This document shows, in pieces, positions 28,022 through 41,245 of a stretch of DNA of 64,000 bases. The DNA is from Octopus sinensis (taxonomy: Eukaryota). The notes beneath the pieces were generated by a model. The model did not search any database and was not told where the DNA came from. It saw only the letters and a list, made by a program, of their open reading frames with translations. The stretch covers positions 111,104,001-111,168,000 of the forward strand of contig NC_043003.1 of NCBI RefSeq assembly GCF_006345805.1, in the 5' to 3' direction. Made by a program: the position numbers and the translations under genes. Position 1 is the stretch's first letter. Each line of letters opens with the position of its first letter.

Positions 28022-28028
28022 TATATAT

Positions 28029-28062
<34 letters not shown>

Positions 28063-28267
28063 ATATATATATATATATTACATATATATATACACATATA
28101 TATGTACATTATATATATATACATACATATATACATATATATATATATAATACATATAATATATACATACATATATATATACATATATATATATACACAT
28201 ATATATATATTACATATATATACACATATATATATATACATATATATTATATACATATATATATTAT

Positions 28268-31022
28268 AACTTATAACTTAGAATAACTTAGAAAGTTTTT
28301 GGCCAGTATTGGCCCAGGCCATGTCTAACTTAATAGCACCACCTGGCGAAGTCTTTCAGTTCAGGATTTGGGCACCAAGGCCCATTCGAGCAGAGAGTTA
28401 TTGTTTGCGGAGACATATCCGGGTGTGGGTGGTTTGTCCGGTACTGTTTGAAGGAATTTGTCCAAAGACTTCTTTAATTTTGTGTGGTCAGTTTCTTTTT
28501 TGACGTGTCCTGGTGTAATGTTGAAGAGAGCGGGTCCAATTGAGGTGAAATAGTTGTGCCGTATTGTCGTTATGTGATGCGATTTAGATTTTTGTTGTGT
28601 ACGGATGGCACGTAGTCCAAGCCTTGGATGCATTTTGAAGGTGATGCCAACATCATTCGGACAGTGCTGATGGAATATTTTCCACATCATACAGATAATG
28701 TAGCGTTCCACGGCGTCGTTGGAGTGAATACAATTTCAGCTTCTCTAGTCTACCCCAGTAGTCAAGGTCTGACATGCCATCTATCTTTTTTGATTAACCT
28801 TTGGGGAGCTTCAATTCTCATAATATTTTGTTTTGTGTAGGAGACCACAGTGGACAGCAGTATTCAAGGTGGGGTCGGGCAAAAGTGGAGAAGAGAAGGA
28901 TATTAGCGTGGGAATCACTCGACTGGAAGGTTCTGAGAATCCAGGAACACATTCTGCGGGCCATGTCAACTTTGCTGCTTATATGTGTAGCCCAGCTTAT
29001 GTTGTTGTCCACTGTTACTCCCAGGTCTCTGATGTTGTTGGATGCCATGAAAATGTCTCCAGAAGGAAGAGAGAATGGGAGTTTCAGAGCGTCCTCCCTT
29101 CCAAATTGGATCAGTTCAAATTTGTCTTCATTTAGCAACATGTTATTCTTTTCCGCCCATTGGACAACAGCCAGTAGGTCTGACTGAAGGTTTATTCGGT
29201 CATCCACGCCATTGATGACCTTCTGGAGCTTGGAATCATCAGCGAAGGTTCTGATGTTACTGTGTTTGATGGTGTCAGTAATATCATTTATGTAGATGAT
29301 GAAGTGAAGTGGGCCCAACACAGTGCCTTGTGGGACACCACTGCTGACCTTGGCTGGGCTGGATTTCACTCCTTCGACTACAACATGTTGGGTTCTGTTA
29401 GACAGGAAGCACTTGATCCATTGCAGCAGCTTTCCAGTGACACCAATATTGGACAGCTTTCTCAGAAGGATCTTATGATCAACCCTGTCAAAACCTTGCT
29501 GAAATCAAGGTAGATGACATCAGTGTTGGAACCTTCTCCCAAGGCTCTCAAAATGTCATCAAAATGATGCAGTAGCTGCGTCAGGCAATCTCTCCCATTA
29601 CGGAATCCATGCTGGTTGGGGTTCAGCATATTATGACTCTCAAGGAAGTGAGTCATACGCGATCTCAGCACCCTCTCAAATACCTTGATGATATGAGAGG
29701 TGAGTGAGATTGGACGGTAATTCACGGCAAGCGATTTGTTTCCTTTTTTGAAAACTCGGACAACAGACTGGGATAGAAGGTCTTCTGGTATATATCCAGC
29801 ATCCAGTGAGTTCCGCCACAGATTGGCTAGAGGGGGTGCAAGTTGGTTTTGACACATCTTCAAGACACAAGCAAGGAACCTATCGGGACCTACTGCTGAA
29901 ATATGCTTCATTTCCTTTATTGCTGCTAAGACATCAGGAGCGCCAAATGTTATGTCCGATAAAGTGTATTGGGGAGTAACATCACTGATACAGCCCAGAT
30001 CAGTCATATAAGGATTGCTGAAAACAGAGCAATATTGTTCCTGCAATATTTCTCCCATGGTTTTGGCATTGTCTTGAAGAGTACCATTTTCATCAATCAG
30101 AGGGCCAACAGTAGAACCAGTGACTCTGTGTTTTGTTGCAAATGAAAAGAACACTTTGGGATTGAGTTTGATCTTCTCAATGGCCCAGGCCTCTTCAGCT
30201 CGTCGCTGACTATTGATGATAGACATCATGTTGTTTTGGAGTTTATGTTTTTTAATCTCTAGCGACGAGATGGCAGTCAGGTTGGTGTGTTGCTGTTGAC
30301 AGTATTTCAGCATGTTGATCTTTTTGTTGATTCTTTTAATTTTCCTTATGAGAGATTTTCTATTTCTAGGGATTCGACACTTAGATTTGTTTGCAGATCT
30401 TAATGGGGTGTGTCTTGCACATATGTTCGTGATGGTGTCCAAGTGACTGCCAGGACTTTTGATGTTAGTGGGTGTGTATGTGTGCGTGAAGGACCAATCA
30501 ACTTGTGCAAGATCATTATTGATCGCTTCCCAGTTTGCATTGTGGAAATCCATAGTGTCAAATGGATGAACAGGAGGGATGACATTTGTTTTGCACTTTG
30601 GTCAGTGAAATCTCAGATCACAGAGAACCATGTCATGGTCGGAGAGTAGGGTTTTCTCCACTGCAACATTGTGGATAGTATCAGTGTGATTGCTGAAAAT
30701 TAAGTCTAAGACGTTTTTGTGACATCTCGTTGGTTCGAGTACCAGTTGGGACAAGAAGAAGTCATCCATGAAGTCAAGAAGCGATTCCACTGCCTCCCTG
30801 TCAGGGGTTGAGAGAGAAGAACCTGACGGCAGACTGTTTGTAGATCAGTCAACCCCGGGAAGGTTGAAGTCTCCCATCATTAAATGTTGTCAGGTTGACA
30901 CTGCTGAATGAAACACTTTATGCTGTTGAGGCATTCCTTGAAGCATGGTAGGAGCGTTTGGGGTTCTGTAGAGCCCAACTACTGTTAAGTTGTTGGTTTG
31001 ACTGAATACGGTGACTGCTTCG
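28268..31022 (-). mobile_element. CR1-group LINE (family A), longest copy: C-terminal half of APE plus full RT, frameshifted
   Basis: APE motifs VVGLYR.P, MGDFNLP, LDLIFSN and SDH. RT motifs NYRPISLTS, YLDFSK, GVPQGTVLGP, FADDSK and RPHLEYCCPLWSP. The 3' tail is (ttctaagtta)-like. ORF2 is split into track ORFs 30602-30790, 29462-30553, 28818-29369 and 28361-28711. Confidence 0.95.
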
Positions 31023-31025
31023 CAG

Positions 31026-31038
31026 TATATATATATAC

Positions 31039-31075
<37 letters not shown>

Positions 31076-31482
31076 AATATATATATATACATATATATAT
31101 ATACACATATATATACATATATATACATATATATATATACATATATAGATATACATATATATACATATACATATATACTATATATATATATATATACAAT
31201 ATATATACATATATATAACATATATATATCTATACATATATGCATATATATATACATATATGCATATATATATATACATATTACATATATATATACATAT
31301 ATATACATATATATACATAATACTACCATATACATATATATATACATATAATACATATTATATACATATATTATTATACATATATATACATATATATACA
31401 CACACATATATACACATATATACACATTATATATATACATATATATACATATATATATACATATATATACATATATATACAC

Positions 31483-31527
<45 letters not shown>

Positions 31528-31593
31528 ATATATATACACCAATATATACATACACATATATATAATATATATATATATATATAATAATAATAA

Positions 31594-31631
<38 letters not shown>

Positions 31632-31640
31632 TAATAATAT
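31026..31640. repeat. About 600-bp (TA)/(TACA) array ending in (AAT)n, at the 5' truncation point of the LINE
   Basis: Directly visible. Confidence 0.95.
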
Positions 31641-31645
31641 ATAAA

Positions 31646-32372
31646 TATTAGGAATAATCCAAATTTACAGGAAAAAAATCAGATTTAGGATTAAATCGAT
31701 TTTGTGTGATTCGTAATTTTTTTTTTTCTAAGTTGTATTCACCCTATATGCACCGATTACTTTATCATAGGCTCACCAGGGATTTTAAACAGCAGTGGTT
31801 GTTAAACCATATTACTAAGTCCCAATCTCTGCTTTTGTAAACATTCCTTGAGTTTTTAAGCAGACTGGACTAAAAACACAATATATCCTCACTTTGATAA
31901 TGTTTTTTTTTTTTTTTTTTTTTTTAATGTACGCCAAATTTTTTAGAATTGGTAACTATTTTAATTTGGAGTTCTGTTTAGTCTCTGACTACTATTAACA
32001 CTTTAGTTTGTTTTAATTCAAAAATTACTCTAACACTATCAAGTTAAATCCCAGTTCTGCTCTTATAATTATTCTGATTACAAAAAAAAAAAAAAAATAT
32101 TACCATTTTTATTTATATCTCTAAATGTGTTACTTTTAGTATGGAAATTGTATTTAATAAAAGTCATTATTTTATATTCAGAATTTAATTTTCTATAATA
32201 ATGTCCTTTTAAAGTGATTTTTTTTCTATTTATTCATGCTTATAATTAAGAATAAAAATGTAATCCTTTGGAGTAATATTATTAGTCTAAACTAATTTCC
32301 TTTTGAAATGTATCTTTAGAATAAGCTACACACATATATATTATGCTGTGATTTATTTATTTTCCAGTTAAA

Positions 32373-32409
<37 letters not shown>

Positions 32410-32845
32410 CAATTTATCTAATGAGATAGTTGTTAATTTGTGACATTTATACTGGTACATCTAGATAGACCTATGTTGTGATCTATCCCCTTTTCTGCTA
32501 TTCCATTACGGAACCCCGTGGGATTGTTTTAAACAGTTATAAAGTGTTTTAAGGATAATACATGGTATTTAATAACATGCTATCAGTATCATGTAACTTG
32601 CCTTTCCATAAAATATGAGGTGACATTTCTTAACAGAAAAAGATTAAAAAAAAAAAAAATTATTTTGGTTATCTACTGTTCTAATTAGACTTCTATTATT
32701 ACATTCCTCATGTTACAATACATACATTATGTACTAGCACATTCTTTACTTTATTATATATTTTGTGCTGTCAAAAATTATGTATTGATTAAGTCTTTCC
32801 TTGTTTGTTTTGCAAAATAGTGTTTTGTCTCGAATATATTTTATA
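31646..32845. mobile_element. Unclassified repeat whose two ends match the palindromic unit at 51206-51452
   Basis: 31646-31702 is the reverse complement of 51391-51452, and 32769-32845 matches 51303-51379 on the same strand. Confidence 0.45.
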
Positions 32846-33264
32846 TATATATATATATATATCTATACATATATATTTTATATATATATGTGTGTGTGTG
32901 AGATGTATTTAGACATATATTTCTCTGGTAGTATTTCTATAACGTTTCACTTTTAAATGTTTCAGTAGGAATATATTATATACAGAGTGAAATTATGAAT
33001 AGTGAAACTATTATAACTTAAAGCTTTCTGTCGAATTGCAATATATATTTTTTAATTTCATATTTGACACATAATACTGGAATACTGTTAGAGATATGCG
33101 ATTGCTCCGAGCTAGCATTGGGCAAGAAGCTGAAGATGTTTTTGGCCGATGACAAACCATTGACCCTAAGTAAGGCATGTATAAAATTTGAATGAAACCG
33201 GTCGATTATTCTGGAGTATATCGATGCACACACACACACACGCACTCAGACAAACAGACATTCT

Positions 33265-33480
33265 CAGTGACCTCATGAGTACCACTGGCGATTTTTTTCC
33301 TCTGTCTTCCTTTCTCGGGATGTTTCCTTCTCCTATGTCTCCGACGAAGAGCTCCGCTCGAAACGTTAAACCCTCCTTTTTCCCTTCTTTTCTGAGCGTC
33401 CAATAATACTTTATTTGTTCCACGTCCTCGCGTTGCTGTGTTTTTTTTTTTTTTTTGTGTTTTCTTGTTTGGATTAACTT
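33265..33480 (+). mobile_element. Penelope-like pLTR remnant
   Basis: Homologous to 9130-9270; carries the hammerhead-like motif and a T-rich end. Confidence 0.6.
33337..33371 (+). ncRNA. Minimal type I hammerhead ribozyme motif (Penelope-associated)
   Basis: gtct-CCGACGA-A-gagc(tcc)gctc-GAAA-CG-TT-aaac. Stem II is perfect, the ACGT palindromic stem III is intact, the cleavage triplet is GUU, stem I has one mismatch, and the core has U4C. Confidence 0.6.
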
Positions 33481-33483
33481 TAT

Positions 33484-33552
<69 letters not shown>

Positions 33553-34532
33553 ACTGTCAACGAAGTGTGGCATCTTATACAAGACAGTGCTACTGACGTT
33601 TATAGCCTTCGGAAAACGTCTCTCAGCTGGCTAACGACGCACATTCTGTGTCTGATTAGATATGTATACATATATGTATGTTTGTATATTTCTACGTACG
33701 TGTGTTTATGTCCTTCTTCGGGTCAAAACATATTTAGTTCGTTCAGCCTGATTAGAGTGTTAAACAACTTCATCCGAATTGCTAGCTTTTTTCCGTTTAT
33801 TTCTTACTTGTGTGTAGATTTGCGAATAACTATGTATGTATGTGTTTCTGTATGAGTATCTTAGTGTGTAGTTGTCTGTTTTTTTTTGTTATGCACATAA
33901 TTCATCACTATATCATTATTACTTTTGTGTAAATCCGCTTTACGACACCAGCAGGATTAAAGTTTGCAACAATCGTCTTCTAATTAAACAGAGTGTATTG
34001 AATAACGTCGCTATGTCCACTTGTCTGCTGAGTGAAATTTGGTCTTAATCATTGATATTGAACGAAATATCTTAAGACAAGCTTAACTACTATGTATGAT
34101 AGACAGTAGTCTATTAATGAATTAATACAAAATAAAACTGAATAGAATAACTGTAAATTCGGTAAAGGCGTGCAGGCAGAAAGAACGTCAGTGGTCGATA
34201 AACTTTTAGAATAATTGGAAAAAAATATACATTAAAAGAAGTTTATGATGGCAAATTATAGAACAGTAAGAGAATATGAATTCAGTTTATGTATCTAGTT
34301 AAGCCACCCTCTGCATCGTTCCCTGTATCCCTGTGTGTTCACACTTTTCTCTAAGTCCCCCTTACCACTCTCTCTCCCTCTCTCTATCTATCTACCTATA
34401 TACACATATATTAAGTAAAAACAATTAAGATTCAAGTGAGTTCCAATGAATTCAGATGAATGCGGTACTTAACTTAGATGCACCAGAATTCTTTATGTCA
34501 TTAACCATAAAGTAATGTGGGGTGATTATAAA

Positions 34533-34843
34533 CAAGAAAAAAGCAACAAGAATGGATTACTTGTTCAGTACAATTGTTTCATACGAAGAACAGCTTTATT
34601 AAAAGCTGCAAATATTGCAGCAAATACAAGTGTCCCGTATTCATCAACCAAAACACATATGAGTCTTCCAAATATTCATGAGTGTAGCCTCACCCCCTTG
34701 GATGTTTGGAAAACTCATATGTTTTTGCTGATGAATACGGGACACTTGTATTTGCTGCAATATTTGCAGGTTTTAATAAAGTTGTTCTTCGTATGAAACA
34801 ATTGTACTGAACAACTAATCCATTCTTGTTGTTTTTTTTCTTG
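34533..34843. repeat. Fold-back element, about 145-bp inverted arms with about 17-nt spacer
   Basis: caagaatggattacttgttcagtacaattgtttcatacgaagaacagctttatt..catatgagtcttccaaa versus its near-exact reverse complement ending ..ccattcttgttgttttttttcttg. Track ORFs 34515+ and 34690- give nearly the same peptide. Confidence 0.9.
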
Positions 34844-34912
34844 TATATACACATATATATATATACATGCATACACACATGCATTTACATACATACATAC
34901 ACATATATATAT

Positions 34913-34992
<80 letters not shown>

Positions 34993-35714
34993 ATGCATTA
35001 TATCTGAAAGGCTCCGATCTCTAGTACTCAAAGTTACGTTTCCGATCATGAGCTCTTAGAAGGATCCTGGATTTCTCTTGACATATCTAGTGTCTGAATA
35101 GTTTTAGGAAATACGAAATGAAATCGGAGCCTTGGAGTTGTATTGAAGAATATTCTTCATTTATATTATGTCCTATAACATATGTTTTCTGGTGAATCAA
35201 CAGATTTCTATATAATATAATGTGTGTGTGTGCGTGCGCGCTTACCCATATGTGTCTATGTACACACACAGTACATATGTTTACAAATACAAATAAGCAC
35301 ACATGATAAATAGATATAAAAAAAATAGAAGCCTTACGAAGGAATCGGAGATAGAGCCTGTGTGGTCAATCAGTTATGTTCCCGCCCCACAATTATAAGA
35401 AGCGCCTACAGTTAATTCAATATTTATTTATTTAAATAATTAAGCGCATAATTACTTCGTTTTTGTACTTGGTTTGCAAGATTATGTATGTGAATTCGTG
35501 TATTGAAGCATATGTTATTAAGTTTGGGGTGGGTCATTCTCTTTTAATGTCTTATTACTTAACACCCTCGCCGATTCCATTTCCATTCATTTAATTATTT
35601 GTTTTCTTTAAAATTTGTGTTGCATCTGTTAACGGACAGAGTCGACGACTATTGAAAATGTTGCAAGACTCAACAAAAAATTTTATAAAAAATACGTAAA
35701 TAAGTAAATAAATA

Positions 35715-36202
<488 letters not shown>

Positions 36203-36659
36203 ATGAGTGGAAATCGAACCGGCGAGTCTGTTAAGTCATAAGGCACAAAGAGAGAATGACCCTCCCAAAACATCTACAGATATATGAATGGTGTCTCTTT
36301 CTGTTTATAATTAAAGAAAATGAAGCCTGGTGGGGAGTTTCTTTCATTTCCTGTGATACAGAAATCCGTTACATCCAAACAAAATATGAACGACCTTAAC
36401 TGAAAAAGCCCGGCTTTCGACAAATCTCAATGAGTAAATATACAAAAATATAAGAAATTTTTGCCATATTAGTTGATAACTTCAAGTTTTGCTTTGATTA
36501 TTCACGATTTTGAACACACGCGGCAATATAGGAATGTTTAAATATACAGCACAAACTTCATAATTTTGATACTTTCCGACGAAAATTGTATCAATGACCT
36601 TTCTTAATTTCCATGCAAAATTTCATGTGCATATAACCAAGATAGTAATACTGTACATG

Positions 36660-37300
36660 CAACAAGCTGGGTAGATCATTCAGAACCAGAGATAAGGATA
36701 TCTTGCTACCCATTTGGAGGACTTAGAATTTCACTCGTTTGTACATTATTTTCATTTGATGGATGTTTGTCCTCTGAAGCGACCATAGTTGGACGCAATA
36801 AACCAGACGCGTGAAGTTCTATATTTAAGAGAAGAGGAATTATGTTCAGAATATTCTTTCTGGATTAGTGCAGGTATTACGTTTTTGTATTTCTATATAG
36901 GAAAATGTTTTCACTTATGATACTTCGTTTATTCTTATTCTTATTTTATTAGATGTGCCTTGTATATTGAAGGTATTGATTCACTGTCAAACAATACTAT
37001 TAACCAGTTCATATCTATAAAGGCGACCTTTGACTTATTCTATACAGAAAAGGTTTTCATCTAAATATTTATATGCTATTATTCTCAGTATTATGTACAT
37101 AATACTGAGAATAAGCTGGAATAAGCTGCCGGACAATATGGTGAAGATGCCGACGACCGCTCGGTTCAAAGTCTCCCTTATCCACAAGTGGCCTGAACTC
37201 TTTACATGAACACCACCCTGTACATAACTCCATGTCCCCCTACATGGCCTTGCTTTTTGCTTTTTGAGCCAAAAATTAACTAACTAACTAACTAACTAAC
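36660..37300 (+). mobile_element. Heavily decayed CR1-group LINE 3' remnant (third family)
   Basis: LGRSFRTRDKDILLPIWRT near 36670 and WNKLPDNMVKMPTTARFKVSL near 37120, then catggcc.. and a (TAAC)n tail. Confidence 0.65.
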
Positions 37301-40300
37301 ATAAAGATTCACTCTTCGAAAATGAATTATTTCCCGTTGTCTCGAAACTTTATAAATACTTATGTTGTCAACAATATATAAACATGCACACGCACATATA
37401 TAATGTATGCATGCATAATACACATAAGTGTAAACACAAATATAGACAAATGTAGGGTGTCAATAGCAGTGTAAATTATTACGATAATATTTTGCCTCCT
37501 TTTGTTGTTGTTGGTGGGCGAAGGTGAGCCCTAAACGATTAATGTTGTTTATCACATTCTGCTGTAGTTTTTTTTCTCAGAGTAATGGTTTCTGCCACTG
37601 CTTTACTTAATATAGTCCTTTTAAGGTTAATCGTTTTTGCCGGATGCGTATTTGACTATTGCTTATAGCCGGTTGAACCAGCGTAAATCATATCGCTTTT
37701 ATTATCGATTACGGTATCGTTGAAGTTGCAATTTTTTACACCAATTTGTGATTAAAGCGATTTAATTGTGGTTGTTATATCTTTCATTGATACTTCAACT
37801 GTTGTGATGTTTTTTATTGTGGTAAGGTTGTAATTAGAACAATCTCTCACTATATATCCCTCTTTAATATCTGCAGTCAACGTATGTAAATACAATATTG
37901 GTGAAAATCTAATTCTTTGCTATATTACACTTTGGTGGAACAATAGGCCATAGTGGTTAGTGCTGTAGCTATGATCGTATGCTTGTTCATTTTCAGTAGT
38001 TCTCTCATTGATATGGTATGAGAAACATCCATCAATTATAAGGTCATAGGGAAATAAACTTATTGATAGATCACGCGAGGAAATACCGTTCAAGTAAATA
38101 TACAGACGAAAAGAGTACGTCTGCGACTCTGACGCTGATTTCCAGTATTACTATTTGGCAGAAAAGTAGCGGTTTTTCTTTTGGATTAATGTCTAAGTTG
38201 TTCGTAAGTGTAATAGAAACAATATCCCAGAAGTAGTATAAATAATCCATTTTAGGTAACAATAATTTTTTGTTGAAGGTCAACAATAGAACATACACGA
38301 ACAATCTTGTTTTAGCCCAGGATTATGAAAGTTAAGAAATGGAAATATGTACGTGAAGGCAATACGAAAGGTCATAAAAGAAGGCGAATATTTTTATTGA
38401 GTTTAAATGACTTTGTATGCGTTGTTCACGAACCAGGAGAGTGAGCTGAAGTTGCCTCTGCAATACAATTCTTCACTTCCTCGCTATTTGTGTTACAAAA
38501 ACTAGTTCAAGCGCACTGTACACGTTTCACGTTTGACCAGTGATACCTAGGCCATTAATCGCCCGTATACCAAGTTATATTTACTCTTTGGTAATAAAAT
38601 GCAAGCTGCTTGTCTGAAAAAGACAAGTTTAGAAAGCTGTATTTTAGGTTGTTTGACTCTCTTTTTTTGCTTAATTTACCTGATAAAATAATCTTTGTAG
38701 AATACACACCGCCTCTGCTATCCAATTCCTCCAATACTTTTCCTCGGCTAATAAATTCATAATACAAACATAAACACACACTCACACACAGGCAAATTCA
38801 TGCGTGGGCCCTTTATAACATTAAGCGAACTTAATGTCACGTGTGATATATCATTACTTGATTAAAATTTCACTGGTGGTCACTATAAGGAATAGAAAAT
38901 ATAACTAGCAATACTTGTTCGAATCTCTGAACGGGAAGAGGAATTTTGTTCAGAATATTATCGCTAATTTCATGGTTGGACTAACATGCTAAGGAAACAA
39001 GTACAATATGAATTTTGCATAGGAGCTGAGATGTGCGTAATTGCTTGAAATTATTAATTTTTTTATTCAGAGATGAACATTTTCCATAAGCTTTTGTTCT
39101 CCTTATTTCGAAAGAGGAACTTTAAGAAATTCATAAAATATAGCATTTAATGGACGATGTGTCAGGTGTTACTCTGATAATGGAGTGAGCCAGTGATTCG
39201 GCCGTTCGAAACCTATGATCAGCGAGAGTATAGCTCACAAGTGCATGATATAAGATAAAGAAATAATTGTCTTTCTAGCACACCACGAAGGACAGCAATC
39301 CGTAATTTGTTTGCTTCTTTTAGCATAATTATTAATAGAACTTGATCAGTTGAACTCTGTATTGGTCAAAAATTCTGAGAAATTGTGTACTATAGAAATA
39401 CCTCCATTATCAGTTTGCAAAGTATTTGAAAGGACATATTTGTCGACTTTCAGTAACAATGAATAAATCCGAAGCACCAAGGTTTTGAATGATAATGTCT
39501 CAAATCACATTTTATAGTTGTTTTCTTAAAGAATATACAGGATTCAAAGATCAGTCATTATTCTGCTTCCTATTCAATCGTGTTACTTCGGAGAAGTTAT
39601 AGAAGATTCTATGAATGGATGACAATTTTCGGGATATCGTTGTTCTGAAACACTTGAATAGTATCCATATTAGAAGTACAGAAAGCATTGAATTCAATAC
39701 TATAATCTTTCAAAGTAATGGTTAAATAAAGAAGAGTGCATTTTCGCACAGGGATCATATGTACTAATCAAAATACTATAATGGCCTATATATGACATAA
39801 CTCCGCCCCCCCCCCCCCGCTTCTTTAAAACGAAATATATACAGTGTATCTCATAACGATGGGACACATTTTAAACGCAAGTAACAAGAATTGGAACAAA
39901 CATTTCTAAGATCTGGTAAATAACAAATAAAATATCTCATTACCAGGAGATACCAAATATTATCTGAATAATTCAAATGCTATACTTATAAGGTCTTATA
40001 CTATTACACAATTTCCATCGCACGTTTTTCGTCAGCCTATAGCCTAAAAGCGAAACTAATACTTAATAAGATTTGATCGTACAAGTTACTCCATCCATCC
40101 ATATGTTAGCAGTGGATACGATCACATTGGAAAAATCTTTCAAATTGATTGTTGTAAGAAGACATCATATGTAGGTTTTGTTTACTAGTTTGATGAATGT
40201 TACGAATGTTGTTTATAAGAAGCTTCAACGCCAGGAAATAAATTAAGTGAGGTATATCAAACAGATATAGAGTCTGGAAGAGACAGGAAGTTGTACAGCT

Positions 40301-40685
40301 GAAATTAGGATGAAATAAACAATGACTAGTCATTATTTTCAACTAGGATATTGTGGAGCGGAGTGGAACTGCCTGAAGGATGATGAGCAACACCTAATCG
40401 GATTTTCTTTTGGCCTCGGAAATACTTGGTACATGAAGCGACTGAATGTTTTTAGTCACATTTGCGTTTAGAGAAGATACAAGCTCTATATAGACACACA
40501 CACATTTACGCACGCACACTCATATACAACCTCTCTCTCTCTTGAAAGCTTGTAGACTACTTATCGAATTTAAAAGTGAAGAGAAAGAATTCATAAAATG
40601 AGTCAATATAATAATTGCACATCCAAGTGAGACACATTTTTCTCTCTTTTCACAATACAACGACTCATCTCATTGCCAGTATTAT

Positions 40686-40745
40686 GCGGTGCCCCAGCAT
40701 GGCCACAGCTCATAAGCTGAAACTAGAATCAATCAATCAATCAAT
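40686..40745 (+). mobile_element. Isolated 3' tail of a LINE or SINE
   Basis: gcggtgccccagcatggccacagctcataagctgaaac followed by (AATC)n. Confidence 0.7.
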
Positions 40746-41048
40746 ATATATTTATGCGAATGTCTCAACTATATGACACAAAAAAATTGTCTGAATATTC
40801 CTCACACAATAGCAAGGTGGTTCGGTGACTATTTAACCTCGTTAGCCCTGGTCAGACTAAATGTAGTACCGCATTTATCCTAATATGATATGCCAGTCTG
40901 TCCTATAAGTGTTTAGTATATAGATAGACGAAGGATGGATAGACATGAAAAGAGTCACAGAAAGGTTGAAATGATTTATATTGAAATTGCTTTCGGAGCT
41001 GATAATAAATAATAACATGGTACGAATTCTATTGCAGGTAAATACCCC

Positions 41049-41245
41049 TTTACTTGTTTCAGTAATTTGACTGTGGCCATGCTGGATCACCGCCTTTAGT
41101 CGTGCAAATCAACCCAGGGACTTAGTTTTTGTAAGCCTAGTACTTATTCTATCGGTCTGTTTTGCCGAACCGCTATGTAACGGGGACGTAAATACACCAG
41201 CATCGGTTGTCAAGCGATGTTGGGGGTACAAACACAGACACACAA
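41049..41245 (-). mobile_element. 3' half of the main SINE
   Basis: Reverse complement closely matches 36000-36180. Confidence 0.85.

Noticed and set aside
33125-33265. Helitron/HINE-like terminal segment (aaatttgaatgaaaccggtcg..(CA)n)
   Set aside because: Resemblance only; no diagnostic termini or second copy in the window.
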